Notes: generated by a model from the letters alone, not told the origin. 44,017 nt of DNA from Candidatus Hodarchaeota archaeon (GCA_029856365.1 JAHQWW010000025.1:1-44017); one strand, 5' to 3'. Counted from the first letter of the stretch, positions 9,679 through 20,112 are shown. Numbers and translations are program-made.

Positions 9679-10239
9679 CTATTTTGATTCCATTGAGATC
9701 TTTAAAGGTCCAAAATGTAAGAAATCGCAACGATGAACAATCTCTCCTTCGATAGTTCGTCCAGGTCCTTTATCTCCTTCCCAAGAGTGTTGATAAATAT
9801 TTTGTACCACTTCAAACGGAAGCTCGTGCTTCATTGCTAATCCTGCTCCTGTTACTGGATGTCTAAGTCTTTTTCCAACATTAGATTTTACTACCTCTCC
9901 ATTTAATGTCTGGGCAAACTCAATTGGCTTTCCTATATCATGAAGAATTGCACTAGCAATTAGAACATCACTGTCGATAGGAATATTCTGCTTTTCTAGC
10001 AATAATGCTGATTGAAGAGCCAATTCCGTTACAATTTTGACATGATCTACAAAACTCACCTTCACTCCTGGAATGACGAGTGTAAATGGAAAATCCATAT
10101 TTTTCCATCCGTGTCCATCGTTACCAATTTTTAGGGCTTCCACACATATATCTATAACCTTCTGTCGCAATTTTTCATCTGAAATCTGAGCTAACTGATC
10201 CGTAAAAACTTCTCGCACGTAATCATCCAATATTTTCAC
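9679..10239 (-). CDS. HD-domain phosphohydrolase (HDIG, MptB-like)
   Basis: H...ILHDIGK...RHPVTG...QHS...VHRCD; its stop abuts the dehydrogenase start. Confidence 0.88.
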   Translation of the reverse strand: MKILDDYVREVFTDQLAQISDEKLRQKVIDICVEALKIGNDGHGWKNMDFPFTLVIPGVKVSFVDHVKIVTELALQSALLLEKQNIPIDSDVLIASAILHDIGKPIEFAQTLNGEVVKSNVGKRLRHPVTGAGLAMKHELPFEVVQNIYQHSWEGDKGPGRTIEGEIVHRCDFLHFGPLKISMESK

Positions 10240-10473
10240 CTACATCTATTATAATATATTGACTGGTTTATTAATCTGCAATTAAGAACGAAAAAGGATG
10301 AAATCGTTACTCGAATAAACATTATTGTAATTCATCGCATGTTCAGATATTATAGCCCAAAAACGAGTTTTACTACATTCATTGTTTTTCTTGGTTTAAT
10401 GTATTTCTTATGAGATTTTAACATCTTGTTCAGATAGAATTTGATTTAAACTATCATGTAACTATCATCAATT

Positions 10474-12393
10474 CTAGTCTTCGTCTTCGTCGTTTTCTAT
10501 GTCATCTTTCTTCTTCTTTTCTTTTTCTTGTCGGTACCCCCAAAATCCTTCAACTAGGAAAAAAATGGCTGCTAAAAAGAGGAAAATAAGTCCTAAAGGG
10601 ATAATTACTAACCAATTCATTTCAAAATCCATTTTAATGAACTCAGAAAGCGTTTGATCGGCAGATGGAGTTGGAGGGGCTGTTTCTAATGAAATTGAGC
10701 CAAATCCAAGTGTTAATAAGTACCAGAGAAGTTCAGTAACAATTGCAGCGATTGCTGAAAATCCTGCGACTATTTTACGATGATTAAAATAGCTATATAT
10801 GGCAAAATATAATAAAAATAGAAATAAAAACCAGGTTCCAACAGTCACCAAACCATGAAGCCAATCACTCTTGTTTGACATGAAAGTATCAGGTAGAAAA
10901 TACCATTGGCCATTAGTATGCTTGAGAAAATAAAACATTTCTTCGATTGTTCGCTGAATAAGAAGCATCGGAAACAACGGACTTCTTGAACTCACCTCTA
11001 CTCGTGAATATGACATAAAAGGATTCTGGCCAGAAGTTATTTTCATATTGACTTCAATTATTCTCCCTAATAGTGGTACACTTGTAAAAACTGTAGCACT
11101 CATATCAATAAAGAAAATAGGGCTAATTACCACCAATAAGAATATTATTAATACAAGAATGTCCCTGATCACAATACGGTTCCTGATTTTGAAGAAAAAG
11201 TCTCTAAAAGTCGATTTTATAGTAGCATTAGGTTCAGGATAAGCTTCAAATAATGAGTGATTTGAGATTAACTGCATTCCACAAATAAAAATCACGGTTC
11301 CTAAAAGAACACTCTTGATAACTGTTTTTACTAGGGATCCCCAGAAATCACTATAAAGTATTGTATGATCGATGAAAAGTACAAACCCTAAGGGAAGTAG
11401 TGGAAGAAAAACCAAAATAGTCAAAATCATTGATCTAAATTGTCCATCTTTGTAAAACTGAAAATCAAGGAGAGCTTCAAACCAAGGAGGCATTGATAAT
11501 GTCGACCAATAAGTAGCTACTCCATCAAGAACAATGTAGAAAAAGAGAAATATCCCAATAGAAGCGAATAGAAAGAGTGAAATATTGTAAAATTCTCTAA
11601 ACTGGGAAATTATTGGATGAAACCTTGTCAGGTAATGAAAATAAATCGTAAAGTTCACTAATACTTTTAGAAGGATTGGATATCGTATCTTTTGGGTCTT
11701 TAAAAACACGACCGCTAGAATTAACCCACTAACTACTCGAATGGAAAAATCCCAGATAGCTTGCTCTTCTGAATATTCGACAAGATTTGAGAGAAAGGGG
11801 GAGATACCATAGATTAGTGATGAAATTATTATTATCCATCCCATTCTAAATCGTTTCTGTAATAATGCTTGTATTATCGCCTTTCGGTATAAAAATTCCT
11901 CAAAAATAGGTATAATCACTGTTATTAGCAGAATTAATAGCAATTGATAATCTATATTTTCAATTGCTATTTTTGACATCACAATCTCTGGCCAGACTTT
12001 AATAATCTCAGTTGTATCAGATATTATGAGCAAAGAGCTGTTTAAATTCTCCAATAAAAAAGTGGTACATCCCACATAAAGTAGAATTACTATAATAAGA
12101 AATCTTCGGGATTTTATGTCAGAATGAAGTTTGATTTCATTATTTCGTAATTTTTTGTTAAATATAAAGATTAAAACAAGAATAGTAATTCCTTTTGAGA
12201 TAATCATTTTTGTAAGATGTTGGAATTCATTAGAATGTGAAAATAAATTGCTATCAATCTGCCTGATACTTATTATGAGGAATTCTAATATTACTAGAAG
12301 CATGGATTCGATTGAGAGAACTAAAATGACTAATAAAACAGGCAGAAATAAATTATTCTTAATCTTCTTTGCAAATAACATGTTATTAACCAT
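10474..12393 (-). CDS. Polytopic membrane protein with a degenerate CPBP (Abi/CAAX protease II) domain and a long C-terminal membrane region
   Basis: PIFEEFLYRK motif; many TM segments; the conserved His motifs are absent. Confidence 0.8.
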   Translation of the reverse strand: MVNNMLFAKKIKNNLFLPVLLVILVLSIESMLLVILEFLIISIRQIDSNLFSHSNEFQHLTKMIISKGITILVLIFIFNKKLRNNEIKLHSDIKSRRFLIIVILLYVGCTTFLLENLNSSLLIISDTTEIIKVWPEIVMSKIAIENIDYQLLLILLITVIIPIFEEFLYRKAIIQALLQKRFRMGWIIIISSLIYGISPFLSNLVEYSEEQAIWDFSIRVVSGLILAVVFLKTQKIRYPILLKVLVNFTIYFHYLTRFHPIISQFREFYNISLFLFASIGIFLFFYIVLDGVATYWSTLSMPPWFEALLDFQFYKDGQFRSMILTILVFLPLLPLGFVLFIDHTILYSDFWGSLVKTVIKSVLLGTVIFICGMQLISNHSLFEAYPEPNATIKSTFRDFFFKIRNRIVIRDILVLIIFLLVVISPIFFIDMSATVFTSVPLLGRIIEVNMKITSGQNPFMSYSRVEVSSRSPLFPMLLIQRTIEEMFYFLKHTNGQWYFLPDTFMSNKSDWLHGLVTVGTWFLFLFLLYFAIYSYFNHRKIVAGFSAIAAIVTELLWYLLTLGFGSISLETAPPTPSADQTLSEFIKMDFEMNWLVIIPLGLIFLFLAAIFFLVEGFWGYRQEKEKKKKDDIENDEDED

Positions 12394-12619
12394 ATTAATA
12401 GCGATACACGAAACTTGTAAAATTATTTATCACTAGAGTTTAATCTTTTTTTCGATATTCTTTCTCCAAAAGATAATCGATAAGATCCATTGGGAAATTC
12501 GATATATTCCATAATATTTCTATTTTCTATATTTTTCACTCCTGACAGATTAAGGCTTTGTAGTTACGTGTCTCTTTGTGCCAGTCTACCAAAGAAAAAA
12601 ATCAAGAATTGAATATTTT

Positions 12620-12668
12620 ATAAAAAAAAGAAAAAGTAGGGAGAAAATAGAAAGAGAAGTAAAAATCT
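12620..12668 (-). terminator. T-rich terminator after the surface protein gene
   Basis: Long pyrimidine tract with TTTTTCTTTTTTTT on the minus strand. Confidence 0.55.
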
Positions 12669-14522
12669 CTATTTTCGTCGTTTAACGATTACTGCAACTG
12701 CAGCGAACATTAATAGCACTGGAATAAAGGAGAAGCTTGGTGTGATAAGATCCCCACCACCATTCTCTCCTCTTGTATCTTCAGGTAGAGCTGATGGGTC
12801 AGGGAGTTTCTCAATATCATTATTTCTGAGATCTGCAGTCAAGTCCAGCGTAAGAGATCCATTTTGGTAATAAGTCTCAATTGGGAGCCAATCGTAAGAG
12901 CCACTATTTTCATTATATACAGAGCCATACTCTGTATGAACTGGGATATTTTCTAAATCTGCATCTACATTGACATCTAAACCTATCCCTGCTACTAATC
13001 CTTCATCAGTATACATCATCCAAGCATCAATTTCAGCCATCACATCTGCATAGGGTCTCTCTGGGTCTTTAGACGGATAACCGTTCCAATCAGCAGTATC
13101 CCATACAACATCGACAACTCCTGTAAAGTAGAAAACTTTGTAATCATTATTTGCACGCATTTCATAAGTCATATCGAAATCATTGACGGTCAAACCAATG
13201 TCAGCAAGATCACTCTCTGCTGTAGGCGAAGTGACTGTTCCCTCTATTACTTCTAAGATTTCTGAAACACTAAGTATCGAAGCTTGCCACATATTCCAAT
13301 CAGGGGTGAGACCTGGTGCTGCTAAGGGTAATATTCCACCAGTTCCAGTTAAGTCGGAGAATTGCCAGTCTTCCCAGGGACCTGTGCCATATTCAGCTTT
13401 GTATGAAGGATTACCAGTGAAACCATTCCACCACAGTCCTTGAACGTCGTCGCCTTGATAAAATTCAACAGTGGTCTCATAATAACAACCGTCAACATCT
13501 GTGATTTCAAATTCGAAGATTTCTTCACCAATCATATCATCGACTTCATCTTCTATAAAATCTAACTGGCCTGTGAGATTTTCATTGTCCAGAAATCCAG
13601 TTGCATCGTATGAAAAAGACGCATTGTCCATTTCAATGGTAATCAATTCATCTACATCGATTTGTTTTGGCAGGGGATTGTGCCTTTTCTCGACAAAAGA
13701 GATATCAATGTTCAGAGTGAGATCTTCGTCATTATCCAATACATCTCCTGAAATTTGACCACTGGCTCTCTTGAAAACACCTTTATTATTCCCTGATTCA
13801 TGCCATGCTATTTCGAGAGCCACGTCAAAATCTGGCTCATATTCAGCTGTTTCATATGGCGAAGATGGCTCAGAGAGAGGCTCACTAAGTAAGTGAGCAC
13901 CCGAACCAACATGTCCTGTGACCTTTACTATGAATTCATCGTCTTCCCTAGTGACACTAAGATCAACACCAATGTTCATAGCGTCTAATTCATCTTGTAG
14001 ATCCTCAAACATCTCCTCATATTGATCCCACTCGTTCGCATCAAAGTAGAATGGAATTCCTGGGAAGTCATCAGTCATATAGTCATCTTCGATGAACTCC
14101 AGATAATCACTGCCAGGAATTGTCCAACCGATACCTAGGCCGACCCCTTCAGGAATAACAAGCTTGTTACCAAAGATGTCGGTCACATTTTTTGGAATGT
14201 CTTCGGGGAATGGAATTTCAACATCTTTTCCTAGAATAACATATGGATTCATGACATAATAACCATTTCTTTTATCTAAAGCCATCACTTTTACAGCTAA
14301 AGTGCTGCCTGTTAGATCAACAACTAGCTCTTCTATTGGAAATCCCATCAATCCCATGTCTCCAATTAGATCTTGCCAAGGGACATCAAACTCTGTAACC
14401 TTGTAGATGAAAGTGTCACCAGCAGTCATAACATCATCATCTATCTCTGCTATCCCTATCGATGGGACCAATAACAGCATAAGAATACCTGTTGCTATTA
14501 AAAATGAATATTTTCTTTTCAT
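12669..14522 (-). CDS. Acidic secreted cell-surface protein with CTERM-type anchor
   Basis: Signal peptide MKRKYSFLIATGILMLLLVPSIGIA; very D/E-rich; ends ITPSFSFIPVLLMFAAVAVIVKRRK. Confidence 0.88.
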   Translation of the reverse strand: MKRKYSFLIATGILMLLLVPSIGIAEIDDDVMTAGDTFIYKVTEFDVPWQDLIGDMGLMGFPIEELVVDLTGSTLAVKVMALDKRNGYYVMNPYVILGKDVEIPFPEDIPKNVTDIFGNKLVIPEGVGLGIGWTIPGSDYLEFIEDDYMTDDFPGIPFYFDANEWDQYEEMFEDLQDELDAMNIGVDLSVTREDDEFIVKVTGHVGSGAHLLSEPLSEPSSPYETAEYEPDFDVALEIAWHESGNNKGVFKRASGQISGDVLDNDEDLTLNIDISFVEKRHNPLPKQIDVDELITIEMDNASFSYDATGFLDNENLTGQLDFIEDEVDDMIGEEIFEFEITDVDGCYYETTVEFYQGDDVQGLWWNGFTGNPSYKAEYGTGPWEDWQFSDLTGTGGILPLAAPGLTPDWNMWQASILSVSEILEVIEGTVTSPTAESDLADIGLTVNDFDMTYEMRANNDYKVFYFTGVVDVVWDTADWNGYPSKDPERPYADVMAEIDAWMMYTDEGLVAGIGLDVNVDADLENIPVHTEYGSVYNENSGSYDWLPIETYYQNGSLTLDLTADLRNNDIEKLPDPSALPEDTRGENGGGDLITPSFSFIPVLLMFAAVAVIVKRRK

Positions 14523-14663
14523 TCTAATTTCCTCATTTTTTTCAAGAAGTCTTTACATTATAAAGATTCAATAAAGTTTCTACTTCTGAAAAAATATAAG
14601 AGTTTCCAAATAAAACAGGATATGTTATTGATTAATGAATAATTGTCCTTTCAAATAAAGTAC

Positions 14664-15338
14664 CTATAAGTACCAATCAGCTTTTTTATGATCTAATTCT
14701 GCTAGCCTGACGCGTCCAACAAGAAATAGTAGCCAACTAGGTAATAGAATAATCATGGTAAAGGCAGATTTAAATGTCAAATCACATGCTATTAAAGCTA
14801 AGGTCACCCCTATAAATAAGCTTACATGTTGGATTAATCTAATACTAGGTTTGAGGCTAATTAAATACCGACTATAGGACATAACAATCAGTAGTAATCC
14901 TATCAAAAAGAAAACCATTGTTAAATCTGTATTAAAAAGATTTGGGCTTAAAAAATATCCTAAGAAGATGAATTCTGCCATAAGAATGCTTATAAAACTT
15001 CCAAAGCACCCAGAACATATGGAGTAAGATCGAAGTTTAAATTCATGACTAGTTTGAAGTAAGGGAGGGTGATGAGAAAGGTTAACTGTGCAAGAAGGAA
15101 TTACTCCTGAAAAGTATAGATGCAACTGAAGAAGTCTGGGAATGATTGTTAATCCAGCAAACATGAACATTCCGATTAGAAATTTCCGAGTAATCCATTC
15201 TTCATCTAAAGGGCTTGAATAACTATTGGTCAAAATTGATACTAGAAAAATACTAATTATCAAGATAATATAAGGAGTACTGATAGTTAGAGCTTTCTTT
15301 ATTAAGTTACTCAATGCGATGCATCCTAAATTTGACAA
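14664..15338 (-). CDS. Membrane protein, DUF2085-like
   Basis: About 6 TM segments; HHPP...ICSGCFG motif. Confidence 0.6.
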   Translation of the reverse strand: MSNLGCIALSNLIKKALTISTPYIILIISIFLVSILTNSYSSPLDEEWITRKFLIGMFMFAGLTIIPRLLQLHLYFSGVIPSCTVNLSHHPPLLQTSHEFKLRSYSICSGCFGSFISILMAEFIFLGYFLSPNLFNTDLTMVFFLIGLLLIVMSYSRYLISLKPSIRLIQHVSLFIGVTLALIACDLTFKSAFTMIILLPSWLLFLVGRVRLAELDHKKADWYL

Positions 15339-15422
15339 TCAACTTTAGTAATAATGAAATTTAAAACTACTTAGAAATTTACGCTACTGAAGTTGATCAA
15401 GTAATAACCTAAGGGGAACCTA

Positions 15423-16418
15423 ATGAAAATTATGGTAACTGGTGGAACAGGGTTTATAGGAAGTCATATTGTGGACGCTCTGGAAAGGCATTTTCCTCCC
15501 TCAAACATTTCACTGATAGTACGGGATTTAACGAAAGCAAACATGAGATCAAAAGCTGGTTTGTCTCTTTTTCAAGGAGATATTACTATTCCTAATTCAT
15601 TATATCATGCAATGAATGATTTTCATCCTGATGTAATTATTCATGTAGCCGCCCTTGCAGATGATTGGGCTCCCCTTTCGCGATTAATGGAGGTCAATGC
15701 TCAAGGTACTAAAAATGTTATTGATGCTATGGTTCAATCGAATTCAGCACACTATTTAATTCACATTTCTTCCTCAGGGGTTTACCCACGAAAAACATCA
15801 GTCCACTTAACAGAAGATACTCCGTATGGACCTTACGGTAACTATCACAAATCTAAAGTTGTTGCTGAAAAGATAGTCAAGGATGCTATTGAAAAAAAAC
15901 TCATAGAAGCGACCATAATACGACCTCCTAATGTAATGGGAATCAGAGATTTTACACATATGGCAAAAATGTGTCAAGTAATCAAAAAGAGAAAATTTCC
16001 AATGATACGTAACGGACAAGCACTACAAACATGGGTTGCTGCTAGAGATCTGGCTCGAGCTGTGATTCTTGTTATAGATCAACAAGGTAAAGCAATTGGT
16101 CAAATATATAACATAAAATCTTTTGAAATTACTGTAAAAGAATTATATGACCAAATTGCTGCTAAATTAAATATTTTAGAACCTCCAAAGAGTTATCCTT
16201 ATTTTCTAGCATATATTGCAGGCTTCATTTCTGAGATCATTGGAAAAATTAAACGTAAACCATCTACTCTCAATCGGTATCGTATTATTAAATTCGGTAA
16301 AAACCGACTTTTTGACGATTCAAAGATCCGTTCCGACCTAGGTTACCAATCCGAAGCATCAGCAGAAGGAACAATCACTACTACAGTTGAATGGCTACAA
16401 AAAGAAGGGATAGTATAA
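15423..16418 (+). CDS. Extended SDR, NAD-dependent epimerase/dehydratase (3-beta-HSD/NSDHL-like)
   Basis: TGGTGFIG, HVAA, SSSGVY and YHKSK. Confidence 0.92.
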   Translation: MKIMVTGGTGFIGSHIVDALERHFPPSNISLIVRDLTKANMRSKAGLSLFQGDITIPNSLYHAMNDFHPDVIIHVAALADDWAPLSRLMEVNAQGTKNVIDAMVQSNSAHYLIHISSSGVYPRKTSVHLTEDTPYGPYGNYHKSKVVAEKIVKDAIEKKLIEATIIRPPNVMGIRDFTHMAKMCQVIKKRKFPMIRNGQALQTWVAARDLARAVILVIDQQGKAIGQIYNIKSFEITVKELYDQIAAKLNILEPPKSYPYFLAYIAGFISEIIGKIKRKPSTLNRYRIIKFGKNRLFDDSKIRSDLGYQSEASAEGTITTTVEWLQKEGIV

Positions 16419-16441
16419 GAATAAATGTAGGTTGTAAATGT

Positions 16442-16939
16442 ATGGAAGCATTATATATCATTAAAACACTCTGTTATGCCCTCGAGAATCAAATACGTTT
16501 TGTGACCCGTGATTTAGACATAGAGGATTTACGCTGGAGACCAGAGATCGGTTCACCAGCAATAGGCTGGACGGTAGGGCATGTTCTCGTCAATCACGAT
16601 TATATTGCTAGCCACAGATTTTGTGGTAATTTAATAACTCTTTCTGATGAGTATGTTACAACTTTTGGAATGGGCTCAAAAGGCGACTTCCCTGAGACAT
16701 TTACTTTAGAAAAACTTTTTGATAAATTTAAGCTTGTGAATGGAAAAATAACAGAAAAATTAGATTCTGAAACTAATAATTGGCTTGAGGAATCTTTTGA
16801 TTCGACTGGGTTCCCTCCTAATTGGGCAAATAAGAATATTGGAAAGGCATTCGTTTTACATTTCAACCATGAATTTAGCCATGCTGGACAAATTTTGGAA
16901 GTTCGCCGAATGCGGGGACGAGATGCCTGGGGTTTTTAA
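16442..16939 (+). CDS. DinB-family protein
   Basis: IGWTVGH...HEFSHAGQI His triad; ATG 16442 preferred over 16391. Confidence 0.88.
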   Translation: MEALYIIKTLCYALENQIRFVTRDLDIEDLRWRPEIGSPAIGWTVGHVLVNHDYIASHRFCGNLITLSDEYVTTFGMGSKGDFPETFTLEKLFDKFKLVNGKITEKLDSETNNWLEESFDSTGFPPNWANKNIGKAFVLHFNHEFSHAGQILEVRRMRGRDAWGF

Positions 16940-16964
16940 GGAATAGAAGATAGAGGAAGTATTT

Positions 16965-17990
16965 TTGAACCAAAGACTGGAGAAAATCATCGAAGTTGAA
17001 TGGAAAGCCCAGGAATTACAAAAAAGATTTACTAGATCTGGTCCCTTAATTGAACAATTAACTACCATAACACCAGGTAGCTTTGATATAACAAAGAAAA
17101 CTTCAACACCTTCCCAATATCTCATTATTCAGGGTTCTTTTGATCCTCCTACCTTATCACATCTCGAATTACTCTCTCGGGCAATTGATCTGCGTAGAAA
17201 AATCAATCCATTAAACTCAATAGAAGTTGTATTTTTACTCTCACTTTCTCATGTAGATAAGAAGCTTAACGTCTTGAATCGATCATTATTAGGCTCTCGG
17301 GTTGAAATGCTAGAAAAATTATCTAAATCACTTGATTTACAACTCGCAATTACTATAGGTTTATCGAATGTAGCACGATACATTGATTTAATTGAAGCTG
17401 CTCAACAATCTTTTAGCAATATTAGAAATATAACGTTTATTATGGGATTAGATGTTTTTAAGAAAGTTTTGGATGTTTATTACTATTCAGAACCATTAGA
17501 AAAAGTTTTCCCCTTGATATTTAAAGCAGATTATTTTGTTGCAGGTAGAGAAAAGGTTTTTTCGGACAAAGAGTTTTCTTTGTATCTCAAGAATCACCTA
17601 CCTACTGATTATCATCAGAAAGTCCATTTCTTAGCTATGCCCAATCACTTTAGATTTCTTAATGCGACATCGATTCGTGAAGGTTATTCCAAAAACCAAT
17701 CCTCTCAAAAAAATTCAATACATCCTGTAATAGAACGGTATTTAGAAAAGGAAAATTTATATCGTTCAACTTCTAAATGGATAGCAACGAAAATTGGTAT
17801 CCAATCAATTATCCAATTAACATTGGAAGCAGGAAAGGATCGAATAATAGCTGTTGAGATTTTGAACCATTTATTACCACTAATTGAAAGTGATGCTCTA
17901 TTACAGCAAAATTTGACTAATGAATATAAAACAGGAAAAAAAATAGAAATTGTTAAGAGATGGAACCAATTACTAAGATTAATTTCATAA
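16965..17990 (+). CDS. Nicotinamide/nicotinate-mononucleotide adenylyltransferase-like protein
   Basis: GSFDPPTLSH, HVDK, FIMGLD and NATSIR. Confidence 0.8.
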   Translation: MNQRLEKIIEVEWKAQELQKRFTRSGPLIEQLTTITPGSFDITKKTSTPSQYLIIQGSFDPPTLSHLELLSRAIDLRRKINPLNSIEVVFLLSLSHVDKKLNVLNRSLLGSRVEMLEKLSKSLDLQLAITIGLSNVARYIDLIEAAQQSFSNIRNITFIMGLDVFKKVLDVYYYSEPLEKVFPLIFKADYFVAGREKVFSDKEFSLYLKNHLPTDYHQKVHFLAMPNHFRFLNATSIREGYSKNQSSQKNSIHPVIERYLEKENLYRSTSKWIATKIGIQSIIQLTLEAGKDRIIAVEILNHLLPLIESDALLQQNLTNEYKTGKKIEIVKRWNQLLRLIS

Positions 17991-18559
17991 AAGAATTACA
18001 GGAAACCATAGGAAAGACATTTGTACAAATGAAACCATCCTATGCGTTGTCTTATAGCTTATTACACGAATATACTAAAGACATCATTATTCCACTAGTT
18101 CGACTAAAAAAAGTAACGATTGCAACAGTTGAACTAACAACCTGTGGTCTTATAAGTGATTTGTTGACAAGTAGTAATGGTGCTTCACATTTTTTTATTC
18201 TTGGAATGACCCCTTACTCAAATGAAATGAAAATCAAACTGGGAATAAAGCAAGAGGAGTTATCATTTGGAGGATATGGAGTTGCTTCATTAGAAGCAGC
18301 TAAAGATCTAGCAAAACGAATAAAGGACTATTCTGAAGCTAAAATTGGTTTGGCGGAAACAGGTTTAATTTCCTCATCGGAATTGAAAAAGAGAAGAACA
18401 AAAAAGAAAGCGGGGGAAGTATATTCAGCAATCGCTTTTGACAAGGAGGTAATAGTGAAACAATTATCTATTCAAGAGGATCTTCCACGAAGAGAAATGC
18501 GTCAAGAAATAGCTTTTCGTGTTTTACAGTTTTTTGAATTTTTTCTGAAATCCCAATAA
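17960..18559 (+). CDS. CinA/PncC (NMN deamidase)-family protein, atypical active site
   Basis: IATVELTTCGLIS, YSNEMK, G-V-x-S-x-E-x-A and GLAETG; 31-nt overlap with the upstream gene. Confidence 0.8.
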   Translation: MEPITKINFIKELQETIGKTFVQMKPSYALSYSLLHEYTKDIIIPLVRLKKVTIATVELTTCGLISDLLTSSNGASHFFILGMTPYSNEMKIKLGIKQEELSFGGYGVASLEAAKDLAKRIKDYSEAKIGLAETGLISSSELKKRRTKKKAGEVYSAIAFDKEVIVKQLSIQEDLPRREMRQEIAFRVLQFFEFFLKSQ

Positions 18560-18567
18560 GTTATCGA

Positions 18568-20112
18568 TTAATTGCTTACTTTATAGATGACATCAAGAAG
18601 CGTTCCATCACGGAATTCAACAACAGTGCAAATTTCACCTGTAAACTCTGGTTCTGGAGGTGAAGCTTGACTATAAGCCATTTCTTTTAATTCATTAATG
18701 TCTGTAATTTCCAATCCTGCTTTTATCAATTTTTCCTTTAATTTAGTTCTATTTGGGTTAACAGCTATACCAGCATCCGTTATCACTACATCAATCATTT
18801 CACCTGGAGTTGAGACGGTTGTGACACGATCACGTACAATTGGTACTTTTCTAGCAATAGGACAAGTAATAATCGTTAATTGAGCTGCTGCAGCATCCGT
18901 ATGGCCTCCTATACCGTGAAGTAGTAACCCATCTGAATGTGTATTAACATTAACATTGAAATCAATATCAATTTCAGTTGCTCCAAGGGCGACCACATCG
19001 ACATAATGTGCAAGAGGACCACCTGGGTTCCAGATATTGTACGAATTCTGAGCTGACCATTCATAATGACAGGGATTTTCACGCAAAGATTTTGCAGCAA
19101 TAAGATCAAATGATTGTCCATCAAATATTTTTCTTACCAAACCTTCTTCTAGCAACTCAACTGCAGCCCCTGTAGTTCCCCCATGGATAAATGATCCTTG
19201 AATCCCTCTTTCGATCATTATTTCATGTAAGAATTGAATTGTTCCAAGAGAAACTCCACCTGCTCCTGCTTGGAATGACATTCCTTCTTTTAAATAACCA
19301 GCTGCTTCAGCTAGTTTAACAACTTGTTCTGCAATTTCTAAATGACGATTAGTAACACTTCTTCCAAGGGAGCCTGCAACAATCTTATTAGGGTCTCCAA
19401 TACGATCTACTGTTACTATATAATCAACTTTATCACCTCTTATGCTTACAGGATAAACAGGTTCATCAGTCAAGAGATTATCGGTAACTAGAACAACTTT
19501 ATCAGCGAAAACAGAGTCAGTCTCATTTGCAAACCCACAAGCACCATAAGCTGAAGGACCTTGACAACCATTCATGTTACCCATTTCATCCACAGCGGGA
19601 GCAGCTATGAAAGAAACGTCAAGATGAAGTTCCCCGCATTCGACTGCGCGTGCTCGACCACCATGCGAACGTAAACTGCTTGGAATGTTTATTTCTCCTG
19701 TGGAAACAGCTTTTCCAATGGGTCCATTCATAGACCCAGAAATACAACCAATAACCCCTGAATGAATATGTTCAATAAGAGGTTCGTGATTAGGAAATAA
19801 AGCAGTTGATGCAATGGTTAAATTCTTGTAACCCATTGCAGCTATTGTGTCCATAACCTCACAGATAACAAAGTCGCCGTATCTGAGATTGTGAATAAAA
19901 CCAATGGTCATTCCATCATTGAGATTCACCTTTAAGATTACCTTTTCCAAATCGTCGAATATTCGTTTTGTTTTAATCGTAGTAATTTGTGGAGAGTACT
20001 TACGACCAACTTTAGATCCTTTGGGAACCGTTGAATATGCTCCTGCGTACGGATTATATGTTCTTCCAAAAATATTTCTTGGAACTTTTCTTCTAGCTGC
20101 ATTTATTACCAT
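18568..20112 (-). CDS. citF: Citrate lyase alpha subunit (citrate CoA/ACP transferase)
   Basis: HNLRYGD, RSHGGRARA, SFQAGAGG, LGATEID, GIGGHTD and RDGTLLDV. Confidence 0.92.
   Translation of the reverse strand: MVINAARRKVPRNIFGRTYNPYAGAYSTVPKGSKVGRKYSPQITTIKTKRIFDDLEKVILKVNLNDGMTIGFIHNLRYGDFVICEVMDTIAAMGYKNLTIASTALFPNHEPLIEHIHSGVIGCISGSMNGPIGKAVSTGEINIPSSLRSHGGRARAVECGELHLDVSFIAAPAVDEMGNMNGCQGPSAYGACGFANETDSVFADKVVLVTDNLLTDEPVYPVSIRGDKVDYIVTVDRIGDPNKIVAGSLGRSVTNRHLEIAEQVVKLAEAAGYLKEGMSFQAGAGGVSLGTIQFLHEIMIERGIQGSFIHGGTTGAAVELLEEGLVRKIFDGQSFDLIAAKSLRENPCHYEWSAQNSYNIWNPGGPLAHYVDVVALGATEIDIDFNVNVNTHSDGLLLHGIGGHTDAAAAQLTIITCPIARKVPIVRDRVTTVSTPGEMIDVVITDAGIAVNPNRTKLKEKLIKAGLEITDINELKEMAYSQASPPEPEFTGEICTVVEFRDGTLLDVIYKVSN

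Noticed and set aside
12423-12539. 38-aa minus-strand GTG ORF (MKNIENRNIMEY...)
   Set aside because: Short, no recognisable motif, and the SD-like AGGAG overlaps the start
16391-16441. Longer start for the DinB gene
   Set aside because: Overlaps the SDR gene and adds a non-homologous peptide; ATG 16442 fits the family length
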